64,000 nucleotides of DNA from the human T2T-CHM13v2.0 reference genome, Homo sapiens. The translations under genes were made by a program, and so were the position numbers. Below the pieces are notes generated by a model, which saw nothing but the letters and a program-made list of their open reading frames with translations, was not told where the DNA came from and ran no database searches. The stretch lies in assembly GCF_009914755.1 (NCBI RefSeq), contig NC_060925.1; one strand, given 5' to 3'. Shown here piece by piece: positions 42,060-58,257 of this stretch. Every line of letters begins with the position of its first letter. The stretch's first letter is position 1.

Positions 42060-42215
42060 GGCTGCACACTAGAATCACCTGGGGAGCTTAGACGGCCCAT
42101 GTCCAGACCTCAGGTCAGTTGAGTCAGAATCTCTGGGCATGGGGCCCAGCATTGGCATTGTAAATATCATCTCACCTCAGGCAACCGAGCCACAGGGAGT
42201 GTTTGAGAACAACTT
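42060..42215. mobile_element. MER5 (hAT-Charlie) fragment
   Basis: GGCTGCACACTAGAATCACCTGGGGAGCTT...AGTCAGAATCTCTGGG...GTTTGAGAAC. Confidence 0.7.
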
Positions 42216-45200
42216 GTCCACCCTGCATGCCACTGAGTTGGGCACCAGCAAACAAAGCTGAACAGACTAAAGCCTGCCTCTGAAGAACTTGGAGATGGTA
42301 GGGTGCAGGTTTGCAAACACGTACTCCAACGGGCTGCAAGAGCCCGGGAAAGGAACTCAAAAGAATCCTTCAGGAGAAGGTGGTGAGAATAGGCAGCCAC
42401 GAATGAGTAGGTTCTGTGCAGGGACTCCCCAGTGATGCATGAAGGAGCGTCCCTCTTGTTGAAATAGGACAAGAGAGTGAACCAACCCCTACAAGACCAA
42501 GAGTTCAGGCTAGGGAAAAGCCTCAATTCAGCTGGGTCCCAGATATGCTTTTGCTCAAGCCATCCTGAAGAAAGAATTCTTGAAGCTGTCTTGACAGGGG
42601 ACCTGCTAACCTCTGCTGAGAACTCCCTTACTGTACAGGAGTTTTATCCCCCTGAGCTAACCTCAGGCAACAGCCCAGACCTGTCCTACCCTTTCCTGAA
42701 CCAGCTGCCCCCCATCCCTCAGAACACGCCGGCCGTGGGAGGCACATTCAGGCTAGAATAGGCATCCAGGCAATGAGCCCCTTCCCTATAAGACATGACC
42801 AACAAACCGCAAGGAAAGCAAATCCCCAGGAACACTTTTGTATGAAGGAGGGATCCCTGGCTTAAAGGGGCTGAGGACAGTAGCTGCTTATCCTCTCTGC
42901 AGGGTCCCCTCCACTGAATAAACAGAAAAGCAGGACTTACACACCTGATGCCTTTGGAAGGGGCATTAGGGGTTGTTACTATAATGGGGGCTGCAGTGGT
43001 TGGATTCCTGGTAAAAGATCATCCCAGTGAGTTTGGTAATTGCCAACCGGTATGTTACCCAAGACATATGCATCCTCTCATGTGGAGCGGCCAGGCTCAT
43101 GGCTGGAATTTCAAGCACTTGCTCCAATTGTTTGCAGAGTTCTGGTCATTGGTATGCTCGGCACTTGGCCATCAACTTGACGCTAGGTTCTCATGGCTTG
43201 CTGTCCTATCAGGGACTGACAGCTTGGAATACAACCAACAGAGAAAATCCAATAAAAAGCCATTGTAGAGACTGATCTGCCACCATCCTGCTCCCTAGTG
43301 GCCCATCTAGGGGGTGGGGATGCTGGGTGGAGTGCTGGCTGATTTCCCAGAGGCTTTTTGTGTCCACTGAAGACTCCTCTGGACATTTCTTGTCAATCAC
43401 AAACTCAACCTGGGGCCCACAGGCAAGCAAGTCTCCCATTATCAGACTGGAATACAAATGGGGTTTTAGATGTAAAGATCAGGTTTGATGGCATGTGATG
43501 CCATCAAACATGAAGGAGAAACCCCTTCCCAAAGCTCCATCACTCTACAAGTGAAAATTCAAGACTCTAACAAGGCTCTGTCTTGAGTTCCCACCCCCTA
43601 TTCCCAGGCTTTGCCCAAAAAAGGAAAAAAGGAAGCTTTAAATCAGGTCACCCTAAATCCTCTTTAATCCTTGAGATTATCCATCTGGTATTTGTGTATT
43701 TGTGTTTCTGCCAATACAGTGGGATTTGCGTGCCCTGGGCCCTCTCTGGTTCCTGCTACAAGCCACAGAAGTGGCTTCAAACACCTGTCTCCCCTTTCCC
43801 CCTTTAGAGGTAATTGGAAAAGAAAAGCTTGAGTAGCCTCCAAAGTAGAAATAAGTAGAGTCCTCAGGGTAAGTAAGAAGACCCCAGGGCACAGTGAGGC
43901 CTCTTCCCACATTGAAACATGGTCAGCCCTGAGTTCCTGCCCTCAAGTTACCGGTGAGATGGTCTTCTTAGCAGAAGCCAAGTCTACCAAACTGTGGCAA
44001 AGTCCTCATCCTTCAGGTGAAATGTGGCATCAAGGCCATTGCTGGGTCCCCAGTCGATCCATTCTCATAACAGTCTCTGCTACTTATTGAGCAGTGACTA
44101 AATGTTCTCTGATGTAATCATGACAATCCCTTATAAATGGGTGCTGATCACTCATTTATGGCTGGGGAAATAGCCTCAGAGAGGTTGAGTATCGTACCCC
44201 AAGGTCACACAGCAGGAAGTGATGGAGCCATGATACCAACTCAGGTCCCCAGGCACATAACCATTCAGTGCCACTCACACATGGGTCACCATGCCATCAT
44301 CATCACACTTTGGTTACACCCTTTGCCAGCGTTACCACTGCCACCTTCTCCACCTCCCATCCAGTATGTCCTAGCCTTCCTTTGTTCAACCAAAACATCT
44401 TTCCTAAATTTGTCCCTCCTGGACCAAATCTGACCAACAACCTCTCACTAGTGGAAAAGCACTGCCGAGAGTGTGAGCTGAAGCAGCCAGTCCCTGCCCC
44501 CCGCCAGCCTGGACCCAGGCAGACCGTCCTCCCAGCAGCTACCATGTGGAGATCCTTCCTCCTTCTTCTTTCTCCCACACTGCCTTCTCAAGCTTTCTGC
44601 TATTTTCTGGAGCTTTTCTAGTCGTCACCCAGATGACCTGGAGATAGTCCCTATTGGTCATGAGTTCTGCCCTTTTCTCTCCAAGCCACTCCAGAGAGAC
44701 CTGTTCCCGTGAGTCACTGTGGCATCCTGGCCCATCAGCCCAGGGCTTCCCACAGCTCTCAGCAGCCTTCTGCTTTGTGTCAAAGGAACTTCGTTTGCCA
44801 AAGACTTGTTCATGTGTTGTCACTGGATTTATTTACATTTGCTACATGTCCTATTGGACTGAAGGACAGTGAAGGTGGCATCCCACTACCCACAAAGCCA
44901 CCTCTCCCTGCCCCTCCAGAGTGCTCTGTTCATACCGCTGATGCTGAGATGGGCAGCCACTGAGCACGCATGACATGAGTAACCATTCCGTCCTCTTGGC
45001 CTGGGTTTCCTTCCTGGAGCAAAGGGGAGGTGGAAGCAGGCACTGGTTGGGAAGGTGACTGTCAGATTAACTCTGATGGGTAAAAATCCTCAGTCTCACA
45101 GCATCTGTGAGCAAGGCAACTCAGCCTCCTGTGAACCCCCTAATTTCCAGGCTGGTGGGTGGTTATTTTTCCTCCAAAGCCCTCAGCCAGCCCTTCCTCT

Positions 45201-45959
45201 CACCCAAGGGCTGTGGTTTGGGGCATGTTTTGACTTGAAACAGTCAGACCCATGGCGGTATTTGGAGTTGTAAGCCCCTTCTGTGCTAAAGGGAAAACAT
45301 GAATGGTCTATTTAGAACCTGCTAACAATTCACAGTATGAAAAACAGCCAACAATTCTGCTGCCGAAATGCCGGCTTTCTGAGAGTAGCCCCAGGGGAGC
45401 TGGCTGTGTGGCAATTCTGGCCCCTACTCTGGAAGACCCTGCACTAGTGGTGGCAATGATTCCAGAATATCATGCCTCTGTCCTGGCTTTTTCTCAGCCT
45501 CTCCTTAACCTCTTCCCAGAAGGCTTTCCTCCAGGGGCCTGCGGTGTTCTTGCGCTGTGAGGGAGACCACTTTTCATAAACCGTATGAACTTTGCTCTGG
45601 ACAAATGAGAGAAGGGTGAGTATTTGGGAGGGCCTCAGACAGATTCTCCTGGGCCTGAGTTGTTAGGTTTTCCCTCACCATCACAAACATACACAGAGTT
45701 CACCTGAGGGAGGAAGCTGGCTTCCTCTCAGGACAAAATGGCGTCCCTGGAGCTGTAGATACATTCCAGGATGTTGTCAGCACCAGAGAATGACAGAGGT
45801 TTTATTTATTTCATTGCATCCTAGGATTAAAAGGGAAGGTGTCAATCATAGGTTTGTAAATATTCAACCTAATTAAAAATAACCAGTTTACTGAAATACC
45901 AAAAGCTTGTTTTCAAAGATTATCTACAATTTGGAATGGCATTCATCTAATTTACAAAA

Positions 45960-47400
45960 ACTGAATTTCCTCATAGATAACAAGTAATCCCAATAAAAAT
46001 CCTGATTGGTTTTGTGTAGGAATTGGCAAACTGATTCTAGAATTTATGGAGAAATGAAAAGGAACTAGAATGGCAAGAACAATTTTGAAAAAGAAGAACA
46101 AATTTGGAAGACTGGCACTACCTGATTTGAAGACTTACTACAAGGCTACAACAATCAAGATAATATGATGTTACAATCGGTGTAGACAAATTAATGGAAC
46201 AGAATAAGCATCCAGAAATAGGCCCACACATATATGGTCAACTGATTTTAGACAAAAGTGTCAAAGTAATTCAGCGAGGGAAAGGATTGCCTTTTTAAAA
46301 AATTCTGCTGGTATAATTGGACATTCATATATATAAAGTGAACCTTGACCCTTACCTCAAACCACACACAAAAATTAACCTGAAATGGATCATAGTACTA
46401 AATGTAAAGACTAAAATCTAAAATTTCTGGAAGAAAACACAGAAGACAAAGCCTTTGTGACCCTGGATTAAGTAAAGATGTTTAGATAGCAGACAAAAAT
46501 CATGAATCATAGAAGTAAAAATTAACAAATTAGACTTCGCCAAAACTTAAAACTTCTGCTCTTCAAAGACACTGTTGAGAAAAATTTTACAGACTGTGAT
46601 AAGACATGTGCAAAGCATATATCTGACATAGGTGTATATATGTTTGCACATATTTGATAAGTATGCCCAACATCATTAGCCCTTAGGGAAATATAAGCCA
46701 AACCACAGTGAAATACCACTCCACACTCACTAGAATGGCTAACACTAAAAAAGACTAAAAGTACTAAGTGCAAGGGTGTGGAACTATTGGAACGTTCATG
46801 TTTTGCCAATGACAGGTGCAAAAATGGTACACAGTTGGCAGTTTGTGAAAAAGTTCAGCATTTCCTTAGTCAACCAGCAACACAATTCTTAGATATTTAT
46901 CCAAGACAAAGGAAAACATATGTCCACAAAAGACTTGTATTTTAATATTCATAACAGCTCTGTTCATAATAATCAAAAAGTAGAAACCACTCAAATGTTC
47001 ATCAACCAGCAAATTATTTAACAAATTGTGGTATATCCATATAATGGAATACTACTTGATAACAAAAAGCGATACAAGTGATATCCAACTCACAGATGCA
47101 GCAACATGGATGAATCTCAAAAGTATTTTGCTCAGTGAAAGAAGTTAATTACAAATGACTGTGTCCCATATAATTCCACTTATATGACATAGTGGAAAAG
47201 TCAAAACTGTAGGGACAGAAAACAGACCAATGTTGCAAAATGGGAAGGAAATTGCAAAAGAACATGAAGGCCCCTCTTGATTGTGTTGTAATTACATGAC
47301 TATCCATATTTGTTAAAACTCCTTGAACAAATTGAACACTTTAAAGGGGCGAATTATATGGTATGTAATTATACCTCAATAAATCTAACTTTCAAAAAAA
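45960..47400 (+). mobile_element. L1M element, decayed ORF2 3' part and 3'UTR
   Basis: AATTGGCAAACTGATTCTAGAATTTATGG...AACAATTTTGAAAAAGAAGAACAAA...CTACCTGATTTGAAGACTTACTACAAGGCTACA; ends ATACCTCAATAAA...A-tail; no intact ORF. Confidence 0.85.
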
Positions 47401-47532
47401 ATGAATCTCCAAACTAGCTTGGATAATGGAAACTCACTAATTTGGATCCCCTTTATTCATATTTCAGTGACAATTTATACCCACAGGGGCCAAATTTTAC
47501 ATTTCCTCTATCTAAAAATCGTTATTGTTAAG

Positions 47533-47838
47533 TTTTTCTTTTTTTTTCTTTTTGGAGACAGAGTCTCACTCTGTTGCCCAGGATGGTGGTGTGCAGTGGC
47601 GTGATTTTGGCTCACTGCAACCTCCATCTCCCAGGTTCAAGTGATTCTTGTGCCTCAGCCTCCTGAGTAGCTTGGATCACAGGAACCCACCACCACGCCT
47701 GGCTGATTTTGTATTTTTAGTAGAGACAGGGTTTCACCATGTTGACCAGGCTGGTCTCGAACTCCTGACCTCAGGTGATCTGCCCACCTTGGCCTCCCAA
47801 AGTGCTGGGATTACAGGCATGAGCCACCGTGCGTGGCC
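47533..47838 (-). mobile_element. AluS SINE (antisense)
   Basis: Poly(T) and full dimer. Confidence 0.95.
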
Positions 47839-48021
47839 TACTGTGAACTTTTATTATCCCACTAGGGGAAGGAGGAGAAAGATTCAAATTACTATGTACC
47901 AGGCCGGCATCATACCAGGCATTTTGTACTATAGCACAATCTAGTATAGTAGGATATGGTACCGTACAGTATGGTATGGTACAGTATGGTGTGGTAGGGT
48001 ATACTGATTTTATCTGGTCTT

Positions 48022-48378
48022 TGTTATGGGCAAAATTGTGTTCCCCAAAATGTATATGTTGAAGTCCTAACCCACAGTACCTTAGAATAGAACAGTATTT
48101 GGAGATCGGGGCCTTTAAAGAGCTGATTAAGATAAAATGAGATTGTTAGGGTGGGTCTAATCCAGTCTGACTGGTGTCCTTAAAAGGTGCACGGGGGAAG
48201 GACTATGTGAAGACACAGTGAGAAGATGGTCATCTGCAACCCCAGGAAAGAGGCCTCAGAGGAAATCAACCCTGCCAACACCTTGATCTTGGACTTCTGC
48301 CCTCCAAAAGTGTGAGGAAATAAGTATCTGTTGTTTACGTTCCTCGGTCTGCGGTATTTTGTTATGGCAGCCCTAATC
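48022..48378 (+). mobile_element. MLT1 (MaLR) solo LTR
   Basis: TGTTATGGG...ATGTTGAAGTCCTAACC...CACCTTGATCTTGGACTTC...GTATTTTGTTATGGCAGCCCTA. Confidence 0.85.
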
Positions 48379-49051
48379 CAGCCCTGATACAGTCTCTTAC
48401 AGTCCTCCCAACACACTAAGGTGAGATAGGCAGGGGAAAAAAGCCCAAAGCTCTGAGAGTGTCGGTAGCCTGCCCAAACTGCAGTGGCTGGGGTGGCAAC
48501 CTGGGGTGAGACACGGGCCTGTCTGACACCCAGAGCTCACACTTCTGCCACATGCTGTACCCCCAGCCCCCCACCACCTAGATTGCAATTCTCAGGGGCT
48601 CAACTGGTTCTCTCATGTCTCTGAACAACCTGCACTGTGCTTACTTAGTAAATGTTGAATTGATTTGAATAATTAAAGATTTCAGGATGCAGGGACCTAC
48701 TTTAAATATCCAGCTATTTTCCAAGGCAAATAAATATCACTGATTTTTACAAACTATGAATGTGAACATAAGAACTGAGAGCTTACCCACCCACCATGCC
48801 CTGAGTTCTGTGATTGCTGGGCCCAGTGACAGGCGTAGAGTATGCCAAGGGATGGCTCCCGGCCCTGCTCTCAGGCAGATCTTACAGGACCTGTGCAATG
48901 AATGCTGTGTTAGCCCCGATGTTCATTCATTCTGCAAATATTTATCAAGCACCTATAATAAAGCCAAAAGCCAAATTTTTTTTCTCTCAGACAGATTTAT
49001 CACTAGATACTAAATTGTTCTAACCTCTGGCCCATTAAAACAAAGGGGCTT

Positions 49052-49380
<329 letters not shown>

Positions 49381-49409
49381 TCATTTATTTTGTTTTTTAC
49401 ATCAGATTT

Positions 49410-49411
<2 letters not shown>

Positions 49412-49444
<33 letters not shown>
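49412..49444. repeat. Pure poly(T), 33 nt
   Basis: Read directly. Confidence 0.95.
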
Positions 49445-49446
<2 letters not shown>

Positions 49447-50029
49447 CATTCTACCAAAGCCAGGTGAAGAAAGCAACCTGGAGTTGAAGGTCTTGCAGTT
49501 CAGAAGTGGAGAAGGATCTCTTTATATTCTGAGCATTTCCTGGAGGGCAGAAACTGACCTCGTGCTCATCTTTAGATTCTGAGGGCTCAGCAAATAGTGA
49601 ATTTTTGGTAAATGTGTTTTGGACTTAGAACTAAATTTTAGATAAATCAACTGCTCAGAGTAAAAGGCAGCCACTTGGGGAAGTGATTAAATGCACGTTT
49701 AAAACTCAGCCTCTGGGACAGCCCGGAGCACTGGGCTGCTCTGAGAGGTGTCCTCTGCTCAGCCAAGGTAAGGACAGGGTGGCCCTGGCGACAAGGGGAG
49801 CAAAACTGGAAATGGGACTTGACGGAAAGGAGAGTAGGGGACCATTGACTGAAACTAGAAAATGAAGAGGTGGAGATGATTTTGTGCAGAATCCAGTGGA
49901 GGGTTTGAGAGGCCAGAAGGCTGTGTGCATGGAGATGTTCAGCCAGCAGCCTGGAGCTGTGGAAGGGAGCCATCAGGACTCTGGCTGGGGAAGGAGAGCC
50001 TGAGGACTCAGCCTGGCTCCTCCTTCTGC

Positions 50030-50545
50030 CTCACTCCCCCTCTTCACCAATTGGCAGGTTTGCTAATTCTACCTTTTATGTATTCTTAAATCTTTTCCTT
50101 CCTGCCTACTACTTGCAACCATATGTCCTCATAATCTCTTCCTTAGATGACTGCCTTCTCACAGGTCTCCCCTGCCAGCCTCTGCTCCTCTTAGATTCAC
50201 CCTTCACACCATCACCAGTCACTTGCCTGAAATGAAATTCTCAGGATCTCCTTTGCCTTCTCAAAGCCTGTCCCATGCTGGAATCCCTCTCATTCTTCAA
50301 GACTCAGCACAGGCATCCTGTCCTCCAGAAGGTGGTCCCTGAAGTTCCCAGGCTCAGCCAGGAGGGCCCTGTGCACTTAAAGGTCATTAAGTGTCCTGTG
50401 TGACCACACCAAACTGCAATTGCCTAGCGGTTATTATCTTCCTCCCCTGTAGCCAACCCCTCAGAGCTGCAACCATACCTGGACGTCTCTCTCCTCAGCA
50501 CCTATCCCAGTCCCTGGAGCATACAGGCATTCAGTTCTTCTTGGG
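50030..50545 (+). mobile_element. L2 fragments
   Basis: Pyrimidine-rich L2-like blocks (CATTCTTCAAGACTCAGC...TCCTCCAGAAG...CCAGTCCCTGGAGCATACAGG). Confidence 0.5.
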
Positions 50546-52271
50546 AGGGAGAGAGAAAGGATGGAGGACGAGATACTAATCTTGAAACATGTCTGTATAT
50601 GGTGGGGTAGCAGCCAAGTTTCCCATATCCTACTTGAGGGGGGCTTGGCTTCCTGCTGAGTCAGGAGAACTCAGGGCTAACTCCTGGCTTTGTCACCACC
50701 TAGCTGTCTGACCTTGATCAGGCTGTCTAACCTCTATGGGCCTCGGGTTTCTCATCTAATAAAGGGGTTGGGCCAGATGAACTCCACAGTTCCTTCAGCT
50801 CTGATTCTAAGGGCACCATAGGTCTCCTGACCATAGGGGTCTTGGCTGCGTCTCTGCACCCAGGGAATCACCTCCCAGAGCCTCTAGCATTTTCCCTGCC
50901 CTGAACCTACCTCCCTGGTCCCCTGACTTCCTTCTCCCTGAGCTGGAGAAGCCCATGGCAGCCTCATTAAGTGGCACTGACTGTCACAGCCTTGCCCATG
51001 GAGACTACCAAACAGTTTTCAATGGAAATTAAACATGCTTGGCTTCTCTTCTAAGTTTAACCAGCTATTTTCTGGAGCCATGATTACTTTCTCATTAAGA
51101 GCAGAAGTCCAGATGGCCAGGTCTTTGGATCTTCTTTATTGTCTTCTTTAAAAGCTCATTAAATTCCTCTTCCCACCCACTGCTGGAGAGGAGTCCACCA
51201 GGCCTCTGGGAAGCCCAGTCCCTCCTCCCATAAGCAGCCCCTCCTCCCTGCCAAAACTGGGCAGCAACCTCTATGAATAATGAAGCCCTGCTGACCTCAA
51301 ACCAGGCCACCTTTCCTTGGACCTGTGCCACTTGTGGAGACAGGAGATGAAGGACACAGTCTCTCTCCTCACGTTTCTCATGGTTTCTTTAAAAATGCAA
51401 GAAATAGCTATTGACGAAGATTGAGATAAGTTGCAGAATACACATCCCACTCCTGAATCATTCTTTTATCTCCCAACAGAATAACCCCCACTGGATAGGG
51501 ACCTCGTCTTGCTCACTCACCAGTGGATTCCCTCCTCTTGTACATACCAGGCATTCAATATATCTGTTGAACGAATAAATAAATGTCATCTTCCTTGTCA
51601 TATCCCCAGCTCCTAGAACAGCCTTTGAATCAACAAATTCTTGCTAAAAAATGAATGAATAATGAATGAATGAATGAATGACTTGCACAATGCTTTGAAA
51701 GATGAAGAGGAGTTAACCAGAAATGAAACAAAAAAGGAAAGGGGCAAGCAATCCCAAGAGCACAGAGGATAGCATTTGCAAAGGCAGAAGGAAGTGTGGA
51801 GCTTCCAGGGAACAGTGGCTTGTTGGAAGTGGCCCAACATTCTATCTGAAAAATGAGTTTAATCGAAGATTTACAGGAAAGTGGCAGAGGACAACCTAGC
51901 TTTTCTCACTTCTTTCCCTTCTACCATCAGCTTATCTCCTTTAGATCATTAACAAAGTCACAGGGACTTCATATTTCCACAATATTAACCTCAATCTTTG
52001 TTTGCAAGCAACAGAAACTTCAAACTCCTCAAGCTAAAAAGTAAGCAGGTGTCGGAGATGGTTCTTGCTATTTATCTATGTTTCTATGTATACATGTGTG
52101 TATGTCTGTATTTATATCTATCTCTCTCTAATCTTGAGTTTACTTCCTTCTGAAGTAACCTCATTCTCTCCCACCTAAACAGCTTCCTCTTTGCAACCAG
52201 GGGAACAGGTTTGCATGGCCCCCACAGTGTTGGAAGCACTCATATAACATCCAAATAAAAATACTAGGAGA

Positions 52272-52853
<582 letters not shown>

Positions 52854-54493
52854 TCAGCAGAGGAGGAGGTAAGCTTTGTATATGTACTTTTTGTCTTACA
52901 CTAGCCTCTTCTCTGGGGCTCAGTTTCTTCATCTGTAAAGTGAGTATGCTGGGCTAAATTCATCTTTAAAAGTCCCTTCCAAATAGGACAGTCTGGTATT
53001 TCTCAGAAGTTTACATTTCAAGGCTTGCTAACTTATCTTGGATAATGGAAACGTCTGTTTCCTTGATTGATTAATTCATGAGGTAAGCTTGGATATTTTA
53101 TCTTTCTTGTTCTTAGTCATTTCAAAAACACTGGATGTAAGTTCAGCAAAGGAATCCAATCTCTTTCCCAAAGTAAATTTTTTTGTCTCATTCAGAATTG
53201 GGTAATTTGGATCATCCTCTTTGGAAGAATGAGATATTTGAGATGAAGTACTTTAGATCCATCCCAATTTTTAGTTCTTCGGCCCCAAATTTTATTATTT
53301 TGAATTGATCCTGGGAGCTATGGAAAGGGAAATCATTCCTCCTTAAGGTTATCTGAAACCCACTTGACTTTAGTAGAGAATATTTCAGGTTAGTGTCTGT
53401 AAGCCTGAAACTACTGTTGTTATTTTATATTTACTGAGCACCATGATGTCCTTGTAAGGTGCAGAGAAATCAGAAACACAGATCCATTAGCCATTCACAG
53501 TGCTGTGGGACTGTGTGCCTTTTCCGAGCACATCCATCTGCTCCTGCACCCCTAAAAACCCTGGCCAGAAGCAGGACAGATCCAGAAAACAGGGCACAAA
53601 GAAGGACTATGATGTACTCATAGTTAACAGCTAGTTGGGCATGCTAGAATATGAAATCCAAGTGTCTGAATTCCAGTTTAGCTCCCCTTCGATATAATCA
53701 TCCCATCTCCCCTTCTCCTCCAACCACATTCAAAGCCTCCTTCTCCCAGACCCAGAACCAAGCCCCAACCCTCCCTCACCCAGCTCCCAAGGCTTGTTGA
53801 TAATGTCATGACCCTGGCCACTGGCCTCACTGAACCTTTCAATCTTGCCTCCCACAAGCATCTTGAGTTGGCACTGTGACTTCCAGGCACCTATGCTATT
53901 TGCAGAGAATGCCCTTTCCTTAATCCAAGCCCAATAATCTAAATGTTTGACTCCCTGAAGGACCGTCTAACACAACCAAGCCTTTGTTTGATGGTGGAGC
54001 CTGCCTCCCCTCATACCCGTCAGCTGTCTGAGGCCCACGCCCACAGCCCCACTCACCTGCACACAACGGAAGACCTGTGCCTGTCTTCTACAGCTGCGAG
54101 AGGGCCACAGAGGATGTGGGCACTGTCCACTGGCCCCGGGGGCTGAGGGAGTCTTCGGAGCCCGGCTGGCATTACTCGCGACTTCTGCAGCTGGTAGGAT
54201 CCTGGGTTGCGGAGGCAGCACCTGCGTGGTATATCTTAGATCACTGGCTCAGGTAGCAAGTGATTCAACTTCTCCCCAAACCCCCTGCCACCCCTCCAGA
54301 GGAACCCTGTTCCTCAGAGATCATGGGTTTCTTTGATGGGCTTGAGTGGCTAAGGTCTGACATGGTGAACAAAACCTAACTTGAGAAGAACCTCAACTGT
54401 CTTCCTGATCATTTTCCCAAATAGTCTAGTACAAACCATATCCAGCAAGCCACTTCTTCTTGTATTCTTTCACTCATAAAAATATTTATTGGA

Positions 54494-55280
<787 letters not shown>

Positions 55281-56999
55281 TTTACTGGATTTCACTATAT
55301 TTTTGGAACATTAAAGAAGCTGACATGCTTTTCTAGAACACTCACTTTCCCCATGCCTCAAAGCCCATGATAAACGCTCCCTCATTCAGGAAGCCCCTCC
55401 TACAATTTCTATTTTAATTAAATTAGTGGCACAGAGAACCATGAGGGCTTACTGCTCACAGTTGTCACCTAATGGCCAGACTTCTCTCAGCCACTGGTAC
55501 TGCAGCTAACTCTGTTAGCACTTGACTAGATGTGGTCTGAAATGTCTCAGAGCCAGGGTCTTTGATTCTCCTCTCCCCACCCAGAACCCTGCAATCCATC
55601 ACACTTTCTGAGCCCATTCTTTCTTGCAGGATCTCTCCTCCCTCACTTGCAGAGGATTTCATAAGCAACCCTGCCTGTCTTTTTGCTGCTTACTCTGGTC
55701 TTCTGCACGTGGGAACCAGATTCATCTTCCTAACAAAGCACTGTGATTGTGCCCTGCACTGACTCAAAAACAGCCATTAATTTTCCACTGTTCATAGGAT
55801 TCTTTCAGTCATTCATCAAGTGCTTGTTGAGGACCTACCATATACCAATTACTCTGCAAGACCCTGAGGATACAGCCGTGAGCAGAATCGAATTGCAGTG
55901 TAGATGGGAAGAGCCACACAGGCGAGCAAAACAGTGATGTGATGAGTGCTGTCCTAGGAAGTACATAGGGGTGTCAGGGAGGTGTAGACCACGAGCACCT
56001 CACCTGGGCGGGGAAAGGTTTCCTGGGGTGAGACAGCTAATCTGGGCAGAAACTCCCTTGTCTGCACTCAAGCTCTAGGCCCCTTTTCCTCCAGGCTGTC
56101 CCCACTCAGTGTTGGCTCTGAGTAAGGCACTCCTTAGCCAACTTAAACACCCTGCCCACTTGCCTTCCTCCCAGTCCTCAGTTCTGAATCCTTTCTCCAT
56201 GTGTGGGACTGAAACTCCAGCAGGGCAGGACCAGCAGTCCTTCAGCCAAGTCCAGCCCCACGGTCAACACAGGATGGGCCCACATGATGTATTTTAAAGG
56301 TTTGAATTAGGTGCTCTGGCAGAGACCGTCAGGGCTGTAGCCAGGCCATGGCTGCCCCACTAAGAATGACATTTCCTCACCAGTTATAGGACACGCATGA
56401 AGCTGAGGTGGGCCACTTCCAAGGCTGGGCTTTCACAATGCTGCACGTGCCCCCCCACCCTCATCGCCCTTTCCTCTATTCCCCCAGCTGACACCTGGGC
56501 AGGTGGTGACCCAGCCTTGATCATGACCTTTCATATTATGACCAAGACATGCAAAAGACACCACCGTCCTGGTCCCTTAAGCCACTGTATTGTTGGCAGG
56601 GCAGCACAGGCTTATCTCGATGAATACAGTTGCCAACGTGTCAGATTTCAGATTTCCAGCATCCACCAAAAAAGTGGAAGATCTAGCAACACTACGTCCA
56701 CAGTCCTGCAGGGCAGCAGTCAGCAGGCACCGAGTCAGTTTGCCACAGACCCAGCCATGCCTGGTGATCTGAGGTCTGGTGTCCCTGCCACAGCCCTTGA
56801 ACTGTTGCTTTTCTGACCCTTCACCCTTCTCTATAAACTGACTGATTCTTGCAGACAACTGTAATTTAAAAACAGCCCTGCAGCTTATTTGAAGCATTTG
56901 AGCCTCTGAGTAGAACATGACTCAGGGAATCCAACTGCTAGTGAACCTCTTGCCTGCCTCTTCTCTCAGGACTTTGTGCCACTTAAAAACCCATACCTA

Positions 57000-57303
<304 letters not shown>

Positions 57304-57868
57304 AATAGAAAACATCCACATCAGTTATTTCAATCCTGGTTTAAGACCTAAATCAGACCCAGTGCCTAACAAATATTCTGTGTGTCCCCTTTACATCCCT
57401 GAAATTAAATTAATATTACCCACCTACACACACAATTTTAAAAATCAGTATAATGCCCTAATTGAAATATAAAAGAGAAATAAAAGTCATTTATGATGAC
57501 ATCATATGTGTTTCAATATGTTAAAGTTTGGTGCAACTACCTTAGCAGCCAGCAGGAAACAGTCAGATACTTGCTTGCAGAAAAAGCACCACCGCAAATC
57601 TGACAGCTGCAAATGCAGATTGGTACAGGTGTATGTGGTTTGGGTAACTCAAATACCACAAGTGGCATTGGCATTAGGGATGTGATTTTTTCAAAAGGTG
57701 AACAACACAAAATCTAGTTTATCCCTGATTCTCACAACAGTTGCATTCCTGGAAAAACTTCACGCATTTAAAAATATGCAACTAATACTCCATGGTCATG
57801 AGTCAAATGGAGTTTGATTTTAGGCTCAGATTATTCTGAACATGTTCTCCACTCAAGAATGCACAGTG

Positions 57869-58257
<389 letters not shown>

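Noticed and set aside
45960-47400. L1 as an active or domesticated ORF2
   Set aside because: 5'-truncated and full of stops and frameshifts; no long + strand ORF.
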